From: Glaucostegus cemiculus
Lineage: Eukaryota
Length of the DNA stretch: 64,000 nucleotides
Direction of reading: 5' to 3'
NCBI GenBank assembly: GCA_976551045.1
Contig: CDPCPM010000049.1
Span: forward strand, 5,642,001 to 5,706,000
The translations under genes and the position numbers were made by a program. Under the pieces are notes generated by a model. It saw only the letters and a program-made list of their open reading frames with translations. It did no database searches and was not told the origin of the DNA. Below, one piece after another: positions 50,116 to 61,943 of this stretch (position 1 is the stretch's first letter; the number at the start of each line of letters is the position of its first letter).

Positions 50116-52284
50116 ATATACATCAGATGCTACATATTGGTTAAATTAACCACAGCTTCAAAGGGCGATCTCAGTGGTGTGAATATGATTTATAGGTTCC
50201 TGTTCGTCACGGCAGTAACCTTGTAGTCAATGCATCATGTTTTTTTGTTAATTTCAAGCAGCATCACGCGCTTTTAACTGTGGAAATGCACATAGATCAA
50301 GTAATCTGGTGAACCAAAATCAGACTGAACTCGTTTTAAAATCAGCACTGTACATACCCACTGTACCTGACCTCTACAAGTATCGAGGTGGGACTTGTTT
50401 TTACAAAAAGCAAATAGCATAAGGAGATATATAACCCCAGTTTGTTTAAGAATATTGCAGGTTATTTGCTGTGTTGTCATGACAATGTGCTTTAAAAAAA
50501 ACCTTTTATTCATGTTATTTGGAAAGGAGTCGGCGTCTCGCCGATTATCCCTGCGCCCGACTCTTGCAAGTGTTTTCATCCACGGTAATCAATCTGCAAA
50601 CAAAAATATTAAAATGTGCTATCAAATTATTACGACAGACTTTCTTTGCGCAGTGACTCCTCACGCCCAGCATTCACATTTAACGTGTTTTGATTTGTTT
50701 AAGATAATTGAGGGATAGAAAGGACATCTACCACACAGGCGAGAGCTTGGCAAACCCTGCAATAATTAAAACGTAGGTCGGGGGGTAAGCAAAGGAGTTC
50801 CCTGGAACCACAACCAGAGCTGTTCAGGGAAACCGGGGGTGGGGGAACAGTCACGCAGTGTCCCAGAATGACAGGACAACTATATTTCACCTGCATCTTG
50901 TTCAGACTGTAACTCGCTGGAGTGTCTGCACAATAACGTTGCACGCTATGCTTGCAGGAACCAACATGAGTGGGCAATAAGCAGAATGTGGGAAGGTGAA
51001 ACATATCTACACCTTTCAATTACAAGATTATTTGAGGAGCTAGAAACTTTTCATTCAGATAATTTCAACTCGATGTATAACTTGGCAGAAGATACGATCA
51101 TAAATAACAGTGAGACCATTCGATTCCTCTCGCCTGAGCTGCCTTTCAATCAGATTATGGCAATTTTTTTGCCTCCTCGGCTAAACTGTGGTTTGAAATC
51201 TTCGGCCTTTTTATTTGTTTCATTCTTCAACCAAGGTGCGGCTGGACTTTTCTGTGGTTCTGGTGTGAGCGTCGGAGGGGATGGTCCAGGCAGCGCACTC
51301 CAGCGGAAGGTGCGGAGAACAGCAGGAGACGGCGCTCTCGGGTCGAACGCATCAGCTGGGGAATTCGCCTTCCCTGTTCTGCGCTAGCACCGATCCCACT
51401 GGGACCAGAGGGTAAGGATTCAGCAGGTAAAATAAGTTAAGTTGCCTTTTTCGATCATTTTGCTACTGTTTAACGTTTTTAATTGTGCTTTTAAAAGTCA
51501 ACTTCATATTTTTGCTTTAAAACATTTTTAAATTATTTAGTTCCACTTTAATATATTCTTAAGTGGCTCTGGGATACTGGGATGCGTAATACCAGCGAAC
51601 TCCCCTCCCACATCCGGCGTGCGGCAGTGTCCGCACTGTTGCCCCATCGAGTATATGTTAGTGATTTAACAGAGTAACAACTGTTCTCTTCTCCCCGTTA
51701 ATCGTGGTTTAATTCATTAACTCAGACTAAAAGAGACGGTGATGCCGACCCTTCTTCCAAATGGCGTTACCACTTCATTTTTCTATTCGGTTTGACGGTC
51801 AGGTCGTCGGAGAATGTAGGTTCACACCAGTCAGTGGCCCAGGTAAGGGAAGGTTTTACCCTTAACATAAATCCCAGGCATACCCTTCTCCTAACCCACC
51901 ACTAACCCAAGTAAAGGAAGATTTTAGCCTTGACTCTGCTCTGGACCCAGTTTTCTCCCAGCTCCGAGACTGTCTCCACTCCCGGTTATAACTTATGGTG
52001 TAGGAGAGGGGTGTGGTAAACACCACTGATTGTTACTTGCAGTGGAAGGGGTGGGGAGAAGGAATGTTGCTGATGAGTATGAGGGTGCAGAAGGAAGAGA
52101 CTGCCCTGGCCATTTCGAGTATCAGTAATGGTTGTGAAACTTGCATATTGACGTCAGACCCACTTGTGTCCCTTTGAGGGATGAATTCTTCTAACCTTTT
52201 CTGTTCTGACCTAAGCTCTTAACATTACCATTGATTCCTAACAACTGCCTTAAACGACCTAACAAGCTGCTCAGTTGTAAGTAA

Positions 52285-52572
52285 GAGACAAGATATCTTT
52301 ATTAGTCACATATACATCGAAACACAGATGAAATGCATCTTTTGCATAGAGTGTTCTGGGGGCAGCCCGCAAGTGTCATGTTTCCAGCGCCAACGTAGCA
52401 TGCCCACAACTTCCTAACCTGTACGTCTTTGGAATGTGGGAGGAAACCAGAGCACCCGGAGGAAACCCATGCCGACATAGGGAAAACATACAAACTCCTT
52501 ACAGACAGTGGCTAGAATTGAACTTGAGTCGCTAGTGCTGTAAAGTGTTACACTAAGCACTACGCTACCATT
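52285..52572 (-). mobile_element. V-SINE with non-CR1 (Rex1-like) tail
   Basis: V core gtgggaggaaaccagagcacccggaggaaaccca on +; tRNA-like head at the 52570 end; the tail reads ...gtatatgtgactaataaagatatct on -. Confidence 0.85.
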
Positions 52573-52594
52573 TGCAGTAACTCTTATTCTTCTC

Positions 52595-52822
52595 ACATTC
52601 CCATCCCCACTCACCTACACACTAAGGGCAATTTACAATGGCTAATTAACCTACCAACCCACATGCCTTTTTGGCTTTGGCATGTGGAAGGAAACTGAAG
52701 TAATCCCATATGATAACAGAGAGTGGATGTGCAAACTCCACACAGACAGCACCAGAGATCAGGATTGAACCTGGGTCACTGTGAGGTGGCTGCTCTACTA
52801 GCTGAGCCATTGTACCATCCAT
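52595..52822 (-). mobile_element. V-SINE (HE1-like), older copy
   Basis: gcaaactccacacagacagcaccagagatcaggattgaacctgggtc, containing the B-box on -. Confidence 0.8.
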
Positions 52823-53214
52823 AAAATGTGCAGCCTTCGCACCTCATATTTGCCACAGTCTGTTAAGCCAGGATGTTTAAGAGTGTAGAAAATTTTGCCA
52901 GAAATAGCACTTCTATGCTTAAAAAAATTGGTTTCTGCCCAATGAGGTTATTATTACAAGTCTACATGCATACAAATAAGTGATAAGAGGAAAAATGAAT
53001 CAGGAAGGGTTAAGGAATAGATTCCAGAGTGCAAAGCCTTGGCAGCTACATAATGGTCAATAACAGTGGAACAAATAAATTTGGGGGTGATCATAAAACC
53101 AGATATTGGAGGAGCAATATCTGGGAGGGTGATCAGGCTGGAGGACATAACAGATATAGAGCAGGGTGAAGTCTTGGAAGCATTTGAAGATGAGAATTTA
53201 AAATTTGTAACATT

Positions 53215-53775
53215 GCTTTTTCAATATTCTATTAATTTTCAAATTCACACAAAATAAGAAATATAACATTAGAAATTATACATATGGTGCAGAGAGATCA
53301 GGATAACAATTATAATCGTTAATATATATAATCACAAGGAGTAAAACAAAAGTAATCTAGACCTCCCGTTCTCTTATGAAGTGAACAAATGCAAAAGGAA
53401 AGATTGAAAAGAAATGAAATTTAATTATATGAAAGAAGAACCCCCAAATCAAAAAAAATAATAAACCAAAAAAAACCCAAAAACTTCAATAAAAAAACTG
53501 GACTGATATTTCTTCAATTAAAAAGAGAAAAAAACATTATTATTGCCATCAACTCCACTCCTTTGTATTCAAGGGTTATTGAAAGGGATCTGAAAAAAAT
53601 CAGCTTGTATCATATGGAAATATTGAATAGATGGACTCCAAAATTCCTCAAATTTAAGCGAAGGATCAACAGTACCACTCCTAATTTTTTCTAAGTTTAG
53701 GCATGCTATAGTTTGAGAAAACTACTAAAAAGTGATGGGAGGTATTGGATCCTTCCATTTGAACAAGACGTTGCT
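53215..53775 (-). mobile_element. L1-clade LINE 3' end
   Basis: Minus-strand LFKWKDPIPP...QTIACLNLEKIRSG...KFEEFWSP (fish L1 ORF2 C-terminus), then a T-rich 3' UTR. Confidence 0.75.
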
Positions 53776-54479
53776 TATCTAGGAGCCAGCATTAGTCAGC
53801 CAGTAAAGGGTGATTGGAACATGGGGAATTTTGGATATGAGCAACATAGCTTTAAATGACCTTGGGGTGAGCTCAGAAGCAAGGTATTTTCTGTTCTCAG
53901 ACTGCTAATTTGCCTGAGCTTTTCCATTATTTGTATGGCACAGAGTAAATGCTCTCCATTTGCCTGGATGAGTGCAAGTCCAACTATATTCAAGATGATC
54001 TATAAGTCTTCCTTAGGTTATGAATGGACAGCCGTAAACATAAACAAACATTTGGGAGACCAGTGGGATGGATGGCGGTGGATTTGCTGACTGCTGGGGG
54101 GCTGCAGGCATCTTCTGCTGGGTGGGAACAGGGCATTTCCGTGTCCCTTTTCTCCTCGCCCCTCACTCCTGAGCCACAACATGGGAGGCTGGGAGTGCTG
54201 AGCAGACCCTATCACTGAGTCAGTGAGACCAGCTGACAGCTGCTCTTTCCCCCGACTGCTTGTTCTCCTGTCAAACAGCTGTTTCTGTTCCATTTCTGAA
54301 TTTCAAATAGTTTGGGTTAGGAAAAGGTTCTCAGGAGTGGAACCCTGTCATGACCTGGAGACTTGGTGTGTACCATTTCGGGACAAAAGTTCCCATTTGA
54401 CCTACACCTCATGCCCTGGCTGAACAACAGTCTTACCTTAACCAAGGACGAATTGTGGTTGTAGTGCATTATTCCATCT

Positions 54480-54765
54480 CACCAAAGTTGCATCAACACC
54501 ACCTTCCAAACCTATGACCTCCAAAAGAGCAAAGGCGGTAGGCACATGGAAACACCACCCCCTTAAAGACCTCTTCTATTCATTCATTCTCCTGACTCAG
54601 GAAAATATTACTACCTCTTTGTTTTTGTTATGCTAAAATCATGGAATTCTCTGCCAATCAGCTCTGTGCCAGCACCTTCACTTATACAGACTGCAGTACT
54701 GCAAGGTGGCAACTCACCATCACTCTTGAAGGGAATTCATACATCCCATGTATGAATAAAAATAG
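54480..54765 (+). mobile_element. LINE 3' end (CR1/L2 group, decayed)
   Basis: KSWNSLP remnant (aaatcatggaattctctgcc), ending catcccatgtatgaataaaaat. Confidence 0.55.
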
Positions 54766-55474
54766 AGGGGTTGGGATGTGGAAAATCGAGTTGTTATTTG
54801 AAAATGGGGAACATGTCATGAATTGTAGCCATACTGTTTATTAATGGATTAAAAAATGCCTTGCTTACAATTTTTTTATTATACTGCAGTCGGACTAATT
54901 CATTCTCCCAAGATGTGCTTTTTCATTTCAATTTGTTGTTAGTTTACAGATTAGATAAGGATTAAGTGGGATCTTTAATGTGGAGTCTATTAATTTTGTT
55001 TTTAATTTGGAGACATATTGTGTGGCAGAAGATATCTGGTTATGATTAAAAAAAAAGATTACTTCATTTTGGGTCCCTCTTCCATATTGCTTATTGGAGT
55101 TGTTGTCATGGAGAACAGATTGAACACAAGATATGCAGTTATCTAATCCTAATGCATTACCTTGCTGGGAAGAAACATCGTAAAACTTCTTTGTGGGTCA
55201 CAAATAGCCACTGTATAATGCTTTGAGATTCATCAAAAATTGGTGTATTTCAACTCTGATTGATTTGGACAAAGAGTTTACACCAGTAGGGCTGTGTGTA
55301 ATTATCAATAGGCAGTAAAGGTAATTAGATTAAAGCTTCCAGTATAAATGTTCTGAATGATACAATAATGAAGTGAAGGAGTTAAATAGGTGATCAGCCT
55401 CAGTGCGGCAGACTGTATAATTCTGAATAAGAGAGAGGTCAGTAGAAGTACAAAAAAATTATTTATTGGCTCTT

Positions 55475-55880
55475 ACAACACAGGAGACTATTAAATCCAT
55501 TGTGCTTGTGCTGGCTCTTTGAAAGACCTACCTAAATAGAGCCCTTTTTCTGCACTTTCCCCAGGGTCTTGCAACACATTCTCCTCCAAATGCATATCTG
55601 AATCCCTTTTGGAGGTTGCTGCTGGATTTGCTTCTGGTGCTAACAAGAAGCAGAAAAAAACCTCACCTCCTAAAATGTGTGTCAGAGGCCATTTGGCGGG
55701 CACAGGTTTCCCGTTATCTAAGCTCTTTAAGGATGTTTGCATCCATGTCTATGAATATTTGTTTAATGTACTCCTCTAAAAGTCATTGAATTTAGATCCC
55801 TGTCCATGCCCTGCTTAGGTTTGACTCTTTAATCCATTATTTTAGATCTCTGCCCTTTGGTTATTAACTTGCCTATCCTT
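55475..55880 (-). mobile_element. CR1 3' fragments (decayed)
   Basis: ccaaatgcatatctgaatcccttttggagg and atctctgccctttggttatt resemble other minus-strand CR1 ends in the window. Confidence 0.5.
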
Positions 55881-56649
55881 ACTTTATCATAGTCCTTAAT
55901 AACACACAATACAATTCAAGATTCATAGCTCTTTAGTGTTTCAAAAGGCCTCTTAAATGGATGTGTGGCAGGCAAAAGGTGTTGATGACTTGGCATAGGC
56001 TTAACCCTTTACAATGAAACATGTCTTGCATAGCTAGTTCATTCAAAAGACCTGTCACCATCACAGAATGAGTGGAAAAATCACAGTTCCACAGATCAGT
56101 TTGTGGATTGTGGGAGCAGGGGTACATGTACATGGGGGTAGGGGGAAATAATCAGGATATCAAGGAGCAAATGGCATTGGTGGTGATGGTGATTTATAAT
56201 CCACTGATGGGGAGTTGTCATGGTTAATGAGGAAGAGAGAGGCCCACAGCAAGAGTTAAATGCATGGGCTGGGATCTCCTCAGGCAAGATCCCTTTAAAT
56301 CTTGCCAGAGTAGGTCTCACATTCACATCAAGGTCTCCTCTGGCATATATTGCCCATATCATTGGAACCTATTGCTCATGTTCTGACACCCTTGTAAATT
56401 AGCAATGGATGTCCATGAAGGACCCAGAGAGTGATTCACGGTGGACATACAAGTACATCACAATTGGTTTTCCAATGAAATCCCATAGCAGAGCACCCAT
56501 TAAATGTTGCAGTAGAATTTCTGGTGTGGAAGTCTGAGAGTGTTTGCATGTGCATTGAATCATCTATGGCTAACAGAAACCAAAAGTGTAGTGTGAGACT
56601 TCCCAAATCATTTTGTCTTGCTGTATTTAAAATGAACTTTCTTAAAGAC

Positions 56650-56885
56650 AAACTTTTATTTATTAGCTTTCATAACCTTGGGGAGTCCCAAAGCACTTTA
56701 AAGGCAATGAAGTGGTTTTGAAGCGATATTGTTGTGATGTGGGAAATGTGATATTCGTTTTGTTTGAAGAACTTGCTGTGCACAATGTAATAATGATCAA
56801 ATAGTCTATCCTAATGATTTTGATTGGGGGATAAAACATTGGCCAGGTCACAAAGGAGAACTTCCCTGATCTTTTTCGAAATGTG
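56650..56885 (-). mobile_element. Deu-SINE-like 3' half
   Basis: gtcccaaagcactttaaaggcaatgaagtgg...gggggataaaacattggccaggtcac. Confidence 0.6.
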
Positions 56886-57790
56886 TTGCTTTTGCCAACA
56901 TGACTGCTGAATTATGTATACATTTCTGATTGTAAAGAAAACCAACATTGAACTATTTTATTCCACAACAGCACATAATTAAGCTGTCTTCAATCAACTT
57001 GGGCTCTTTTCCCTTTGTCATCCACCAGCTTATAATATACAGAACTAGCCGACAGCTGAGAATGAATGTGGTATTTAGTGCGTACTTCATTGTAACATTC
57101 AATATTATTTCTCACTCAATGTGCCAATGTACAATCAACACACCTTCACACATTCAAAACACAAAGTAGCACAGTGACAGCTAATGCTGGTACTGAAAAT
57201 CATTGCTAGCCTAATGATCATGCAGTGATTGCAGCCTTTAGATGCTGCAGTAATCCACCCATATTTGGCTCATATGAACATTGTTAGATATATGATTAGG
57301 CACAAACAAATCCTCTTATCTTTTGTTTATTGGTTGACTTCATACAAAAATGTTTCACTGATAATCAAAATCAGATGATCTCCTTTTTAAGACAATCATG
57401 AACTCTATGAGCAGGCATACCCAGTTGTCTTTTGAGTCACATGACTGGATTTCTGCAAATCAATTACCACATTTGAGAGTGTAGGTGAGTTTGGAGGAGA
57501 AAATAGGAGAGTTTGAAAACATTTGCACCAGTGACCAACTTCTCTGGAATATAATGGAGCTGGAAATAGAGAAACACTGTAGAATACAATCCTCTAAACA
57601 ACCACCTCACTAGAACAGATAGATAATTTGATTCAGCTGGCAAACATGAAGAAATTAGGACTGTGTGTGTGTGAGATACTCAGACTGTATATTATACTTA
57701 CATAAGGGTGGCAAGTTTGTGAAGCATAAGCTGGTCTTCAATCGTTTTGGAAGATTTTTGCATTTAGACCAAGACCTTATCCTGTGATAT

Positions 57791-57811
57791 CCCCCCCCCC
57801 CCCCCCCCCCC
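57791..57811. repeat. Poly-C run (~21 nt)
   Basis: Directly visible homopolymer. Confidence 0.9.
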
Positions 57812-58189
57812 TGTAATAGCTGATGTGCAACTGTACCTAGATTTAAAGCATTTATGCAGGGTACCTTCCACTCCTCAGAAATGGATTAGAAATGAGTAAT
57901 GTTTAGGATTGCCTAAGAAGAGAAGAATAATATTATGCCCCAAAAAATCTTTACTCTGTGGTTGGCTGTCAGTTTGTTGACAGTATATTTTCTTCTCTCC
58001 AGCAGGTTTCTGCAAGTAGCTCAGGAATATTAGCAATCACATTGGGGTTCTCTGACTGACTCTTGCGCTGTGAGGTTGATATTTTTAAAAGGATATTTCA
58101 GTGACTCTTCCTTCTAAAGTGGTGCATGTAGTTTGCTGAATTTTACAAAAATGATAATTCTATGACCTTAATATGTATATTTATATTAT

Positions 58190-59665
58190 AGAGTTCATAG
58201 AGCTATACAGCATGGAAACTGGCCCTTCAGCCCAACTGGTCCATGCTGACCAAGATGCCCCATCCAAGCTAGTCCCATTTGCCAGCATTTGGCCCACAAC
58301 TTTCTAAACCTTCCCAATCAATGCACCTGTCCAACCGTCTTTTAAAAATTATTGTACCTACTTCAACTGTTTCCTCTGACAGCTCATTCTACATAGATAC
58401 CACCCTTTGTAAAAAAAGATTGCACTCGTTCCTATTAAATCTTTCCCCTCTTACCTTAAACCTATGCCCTCTAGTTCTTAAACCTTAGATCTATGCCCTC
58501 CTAGTTCTCACCTTAAAGCTGTGCCCTCTTGATATCCGAACACTGGGAAAAGGACTGAGTGTAGGCACCTTATCTGTATCCCTCAGGATTTTATATACCT
58601 CTGTAAAATCACCTCTCAGTCTCCTATGCTCCAAGGAATAAAGTCCTAGCCTGTCCACCCTTTCCTTATAACTCAGTCCATCAAATCCTGGCAAAATCCT
58701 TGTAAATCTTTTCTGTATTTTACCAGTTTAACAACAACTTTCCTATAGCAGGGTGACCAAAGCTGAACACAATACTCCAAGTGCAGCCTCATCACCATCC
58801 TGTATAACTGCACCATGACATCCCAACTCTTATACTCATCGCCCTGACTTATGAAGGCCAGTGTGCCAAAAGCTGCATTTACCACCCTGTCTACCCATGA
58901 TTCCACTTTCAGGGAACCATGTACCTGTACCCCAAGGCCTCTCTGTTCTGCAACACTCCCCAGGGCCCTGCTGCTCACTGTGAAAGTCCTACCTGGATTT
59001 GACTTTCCAAAGTGCAATACCTTGCACTTATCCGAAATAAACTCCATTTGCCGTTCCTTAGCTCACTTACTCAGCTGATTACGATCCCTCTGTAGTTTTT
59101 GATAATCACCTTCATTATCCACTATACCAACTATTTTATTGTAACCTGCAAACTTACTAACCATGCCAAAATTGTTGATAGGAATGACAAACAACAATGG
59201 CCCTAACACCAGCCCCTTGGACCCACCACTAGTCATGGGCCTCCAGTCTAAGAAACAACCTTCTATTTAACTTTCCAGAGCAGCCTATCATGTGCAACCT
59301 TATCAAAGACCTCACTGAAGCCCATATAAACCATGCCTACTGCCCTGTTCTCATCGACTTTCTTGGTCGCATCATTAAAAAAACTCAACCAAGTTCATAA
59401 GACATGATCTCCCATGCACAAAGCTATGCTGACTATCCCTAATCAATTCCTGTCTTTCCAGATGTATGTATATTTTGTCCCTCATAATCCTCTCCAGTAA
59501 CTTACTTACCACAGATGTTAGACTTATTGGCCTATTGTTCAGTTTTTTTTGGCCACCCTCCTCATATAAAGGCACAACATTTACTACCCTCCAGTCCACT
59601 GACACTCACCTGTGGTTAATGATGATGCAAATATCTTGGCCAGGGCTCCTAGAATTTCTTCTCTA
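58190..59665 (-). mobile_element. CR1 LINE, 5'-truncated and frameshifted
   Basis: Minus-strand DWRVVNVVPLY, RPISLTSVVSKLLE, GRSCLMNLVEFF, KCKVLHFGK, HLEYCVQLWSP, LGLYSLEHRRLRGD. The 3' UTR is at the 58190 end. Confidence 0.92.
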
Positions 59666-60069
59666 GCCTCCTACACTACTTTTTAAAATACTTTTAAGAG
59701 TATCAATTAATATCTCCCTTTCTCCATAATTAAGTGAAATAGTTTCTGCTTTACTGCACAAATTGTGATTACTAATATGTCTGATGATGGAAATGAGACT
59801 ATTGGTTGTAATTAGCTTTTAAAGATGTACATGCAGTGATAAGGATTTTAGCCTTACATACACAATGTAACTAAGATGATTTAAAAATAATATGAAGTAT
59901 TTTAAAAAAACATCTGGGATTTCTAATCAGAAAGTTGAATGGAGCTGGAGAACTGGAGTATGTTTGAAGATTTGTTAGATTGGTGATTATTAACTGCAGA
60001 ATTTTGGAGAATTGTCTGACACATCTCAGTTTTTAATTGCTTCACCAGCTGCCTGGAAGAAAAGTTGCA

Positions 60070-60250
60070 CTCTGTATTTCCCTTCCCTAAGACTCTGGCT
60101 CCCCACCTTTCTTTCACTCCTTAATAATTGTCTTGAGCCAAGCTTTTGGTCACTTCTAATATCTTGTGTCAGTATTATTTTCAATAACTCTCCTCTGAAG
60201 CGTGTTAGTACATTTTACTATATTTGTCATAGAATTACAGTTTGTTGCTG
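60070..60250 (+). mobile_element. L2-type LINE 3' end
   Basis: ccaagcttttggtcac...ctcctctgaagcgtgttagtacattttacta tail. Confidence 0.5.
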
Positions 60251-61297
60251 GCTTGTCTTTCAAATGCCTTCAGAGTTAATACCGTTTTTTACAGCAAGGT
60301 TTTACTTTGCATGTGTTTACTGGATTATGATCTTTTTATGATCATAGGCATCTGTCAGAGAGCGATCATCCTTTCTGTCTAGACTGGTTACAAATACAAC
60401 TCCCAAAGGACGACCTTTTCCACACAGCTTTGTGGCATTGTACTCTAACCCTCTGGATACTTCGCTTTGAAATTAGCCAGCAATTTTATATTGTATTTGC
60501 CGACAAAATGATGAACCATCAGAATAATTGGAAAATCTAATCATCAGCACATATTTTCACAATACCACACTGAACAGCTCTTCTTACAATTTAAATAATT
60601 GCAGTGTACAACTTCTCATACTAATGGGAAGGAACTAAGCACCACAAAGAGTAATCGAGCAGTAAAAGTGTATCACCAAAGGTTACAAAGATAATACTCT
60701 CTGAATGACACAACCATGAATATCATCCTGAATTTTGAAACAAAATACTTGTTTTTGGGAAAATGTGTTCTATTTTGAAGATTTAGGCACCTCTTCTTTC
60801 ATGTTAACCAAGGAGCTGCAGATTAGTTTGTGTTATTTTTTAATGTCAAATCGTATTGAAAGAAATACTTCTCAGGAGATACCTAAGTGAATGAGCAAAA
60901 ACCTATATTTGTCCTCTCCCAGTCACTGGATTTTTCTGAGCTGTGCTCCATTCTCTGATGAAAGTAACTCTCGCTTCAGTAAGATAGCCATTCTTGAAAT
61001 TGCTCCTACCATCCTGCCTGTGGAAGCCTTGGCATCTCAGCCTGGATAGGGGGACGATTATTCCTAAATCCACAAATCTGGAATTTGACTCAGTAAAAAA
61101 TTTGTACGTATAGTTGCAGAACTCTGATATATGATTTGTTTCTTAAATTTAAGAAAAAAGGTGAAAGAATTGGAAATATGCAGGCAGAATTAACATTTCA
61201 GGTTGCTGACCTCTCACCATGACTTAAACTGTTAACTGTTTCTCTCCCTATAGATGTTCCCTTAAGTCCTCAGTATTTTCTGAATTTTGTGTTTTAT

Positions 61298-61625
61298 TGA
61301 TATTGGTTTATTATCGTCACTCGTACCGTGGTATGGCAAAAAACTTGTCTTGCATACCAATCGTACAGGTCAATTTGTTGCACAGTGCAGTTACATTGAG
61401 TTAGTGCAGAGTGCATTGAGGTAATACAGAGTAAAAACAATAACAGTACAGAGTAAAGTGTCACAGCTCCAGAGAAAGTTCAGTACAGGTAGACAACACA
61501 ACAAGGCAGATTGTGCGGTCAGAGTCCATCTCATCATATAAGTGAGCCATTCAATAGTCTTAGCCCAGTGGGATGGAAGCTGTCCTTAGCCTGGTGGTAT
61601 GTGCCCTCAGGCTCCTGTATCTTAA
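61298..61625 (-). mobile_element. Rex1/Babar-like LINE 3' end inserted in a decayed Penelope repeat
   Basis: The minus strand ends ...gtgacgataataaaccaatatc; ggaagctgtccttagcctggtggta is its ORF-end remnant. The Penelope-like repeat at 61170-61297 appears to resume at ~61625. Confidence 0.6.
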
Positions 61626-61943
61626 CATTTGCAGTTTTTTTTGGATGTTTGATTTGTTTTCTCCATTGATGATCAAACCTTTTTAAAACAAAAATATTCA
61701 CATCTCAATGACCATTGATTGCTTCATAAAGATATGCTTCACAAGTAGGAACTAGGGTCACAAGCAGCAAGTCAGTCTCTTCAGAGGCTTTTTGAGCATT
61801 TTAGGTTTAGTATTAATTTCACTGTTGACATTCAGAGAAGGTCTTCCTTCTGGCTTTGTTCATCCATAGCTTAGGTTAACATATTGGTCTTTGGTTGTCA
61901 AAGATTTTGGGAGCTTGAGTTTTGAACAAACAGCAGAACTCGC

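Noticed and set aside
56220-56402. ELNAW peptide recalling the AASS N-terminal DVNAW motif
   Set aside because: The flanking residues do not match RREDVNAWERRAPL and there is no exon structure.
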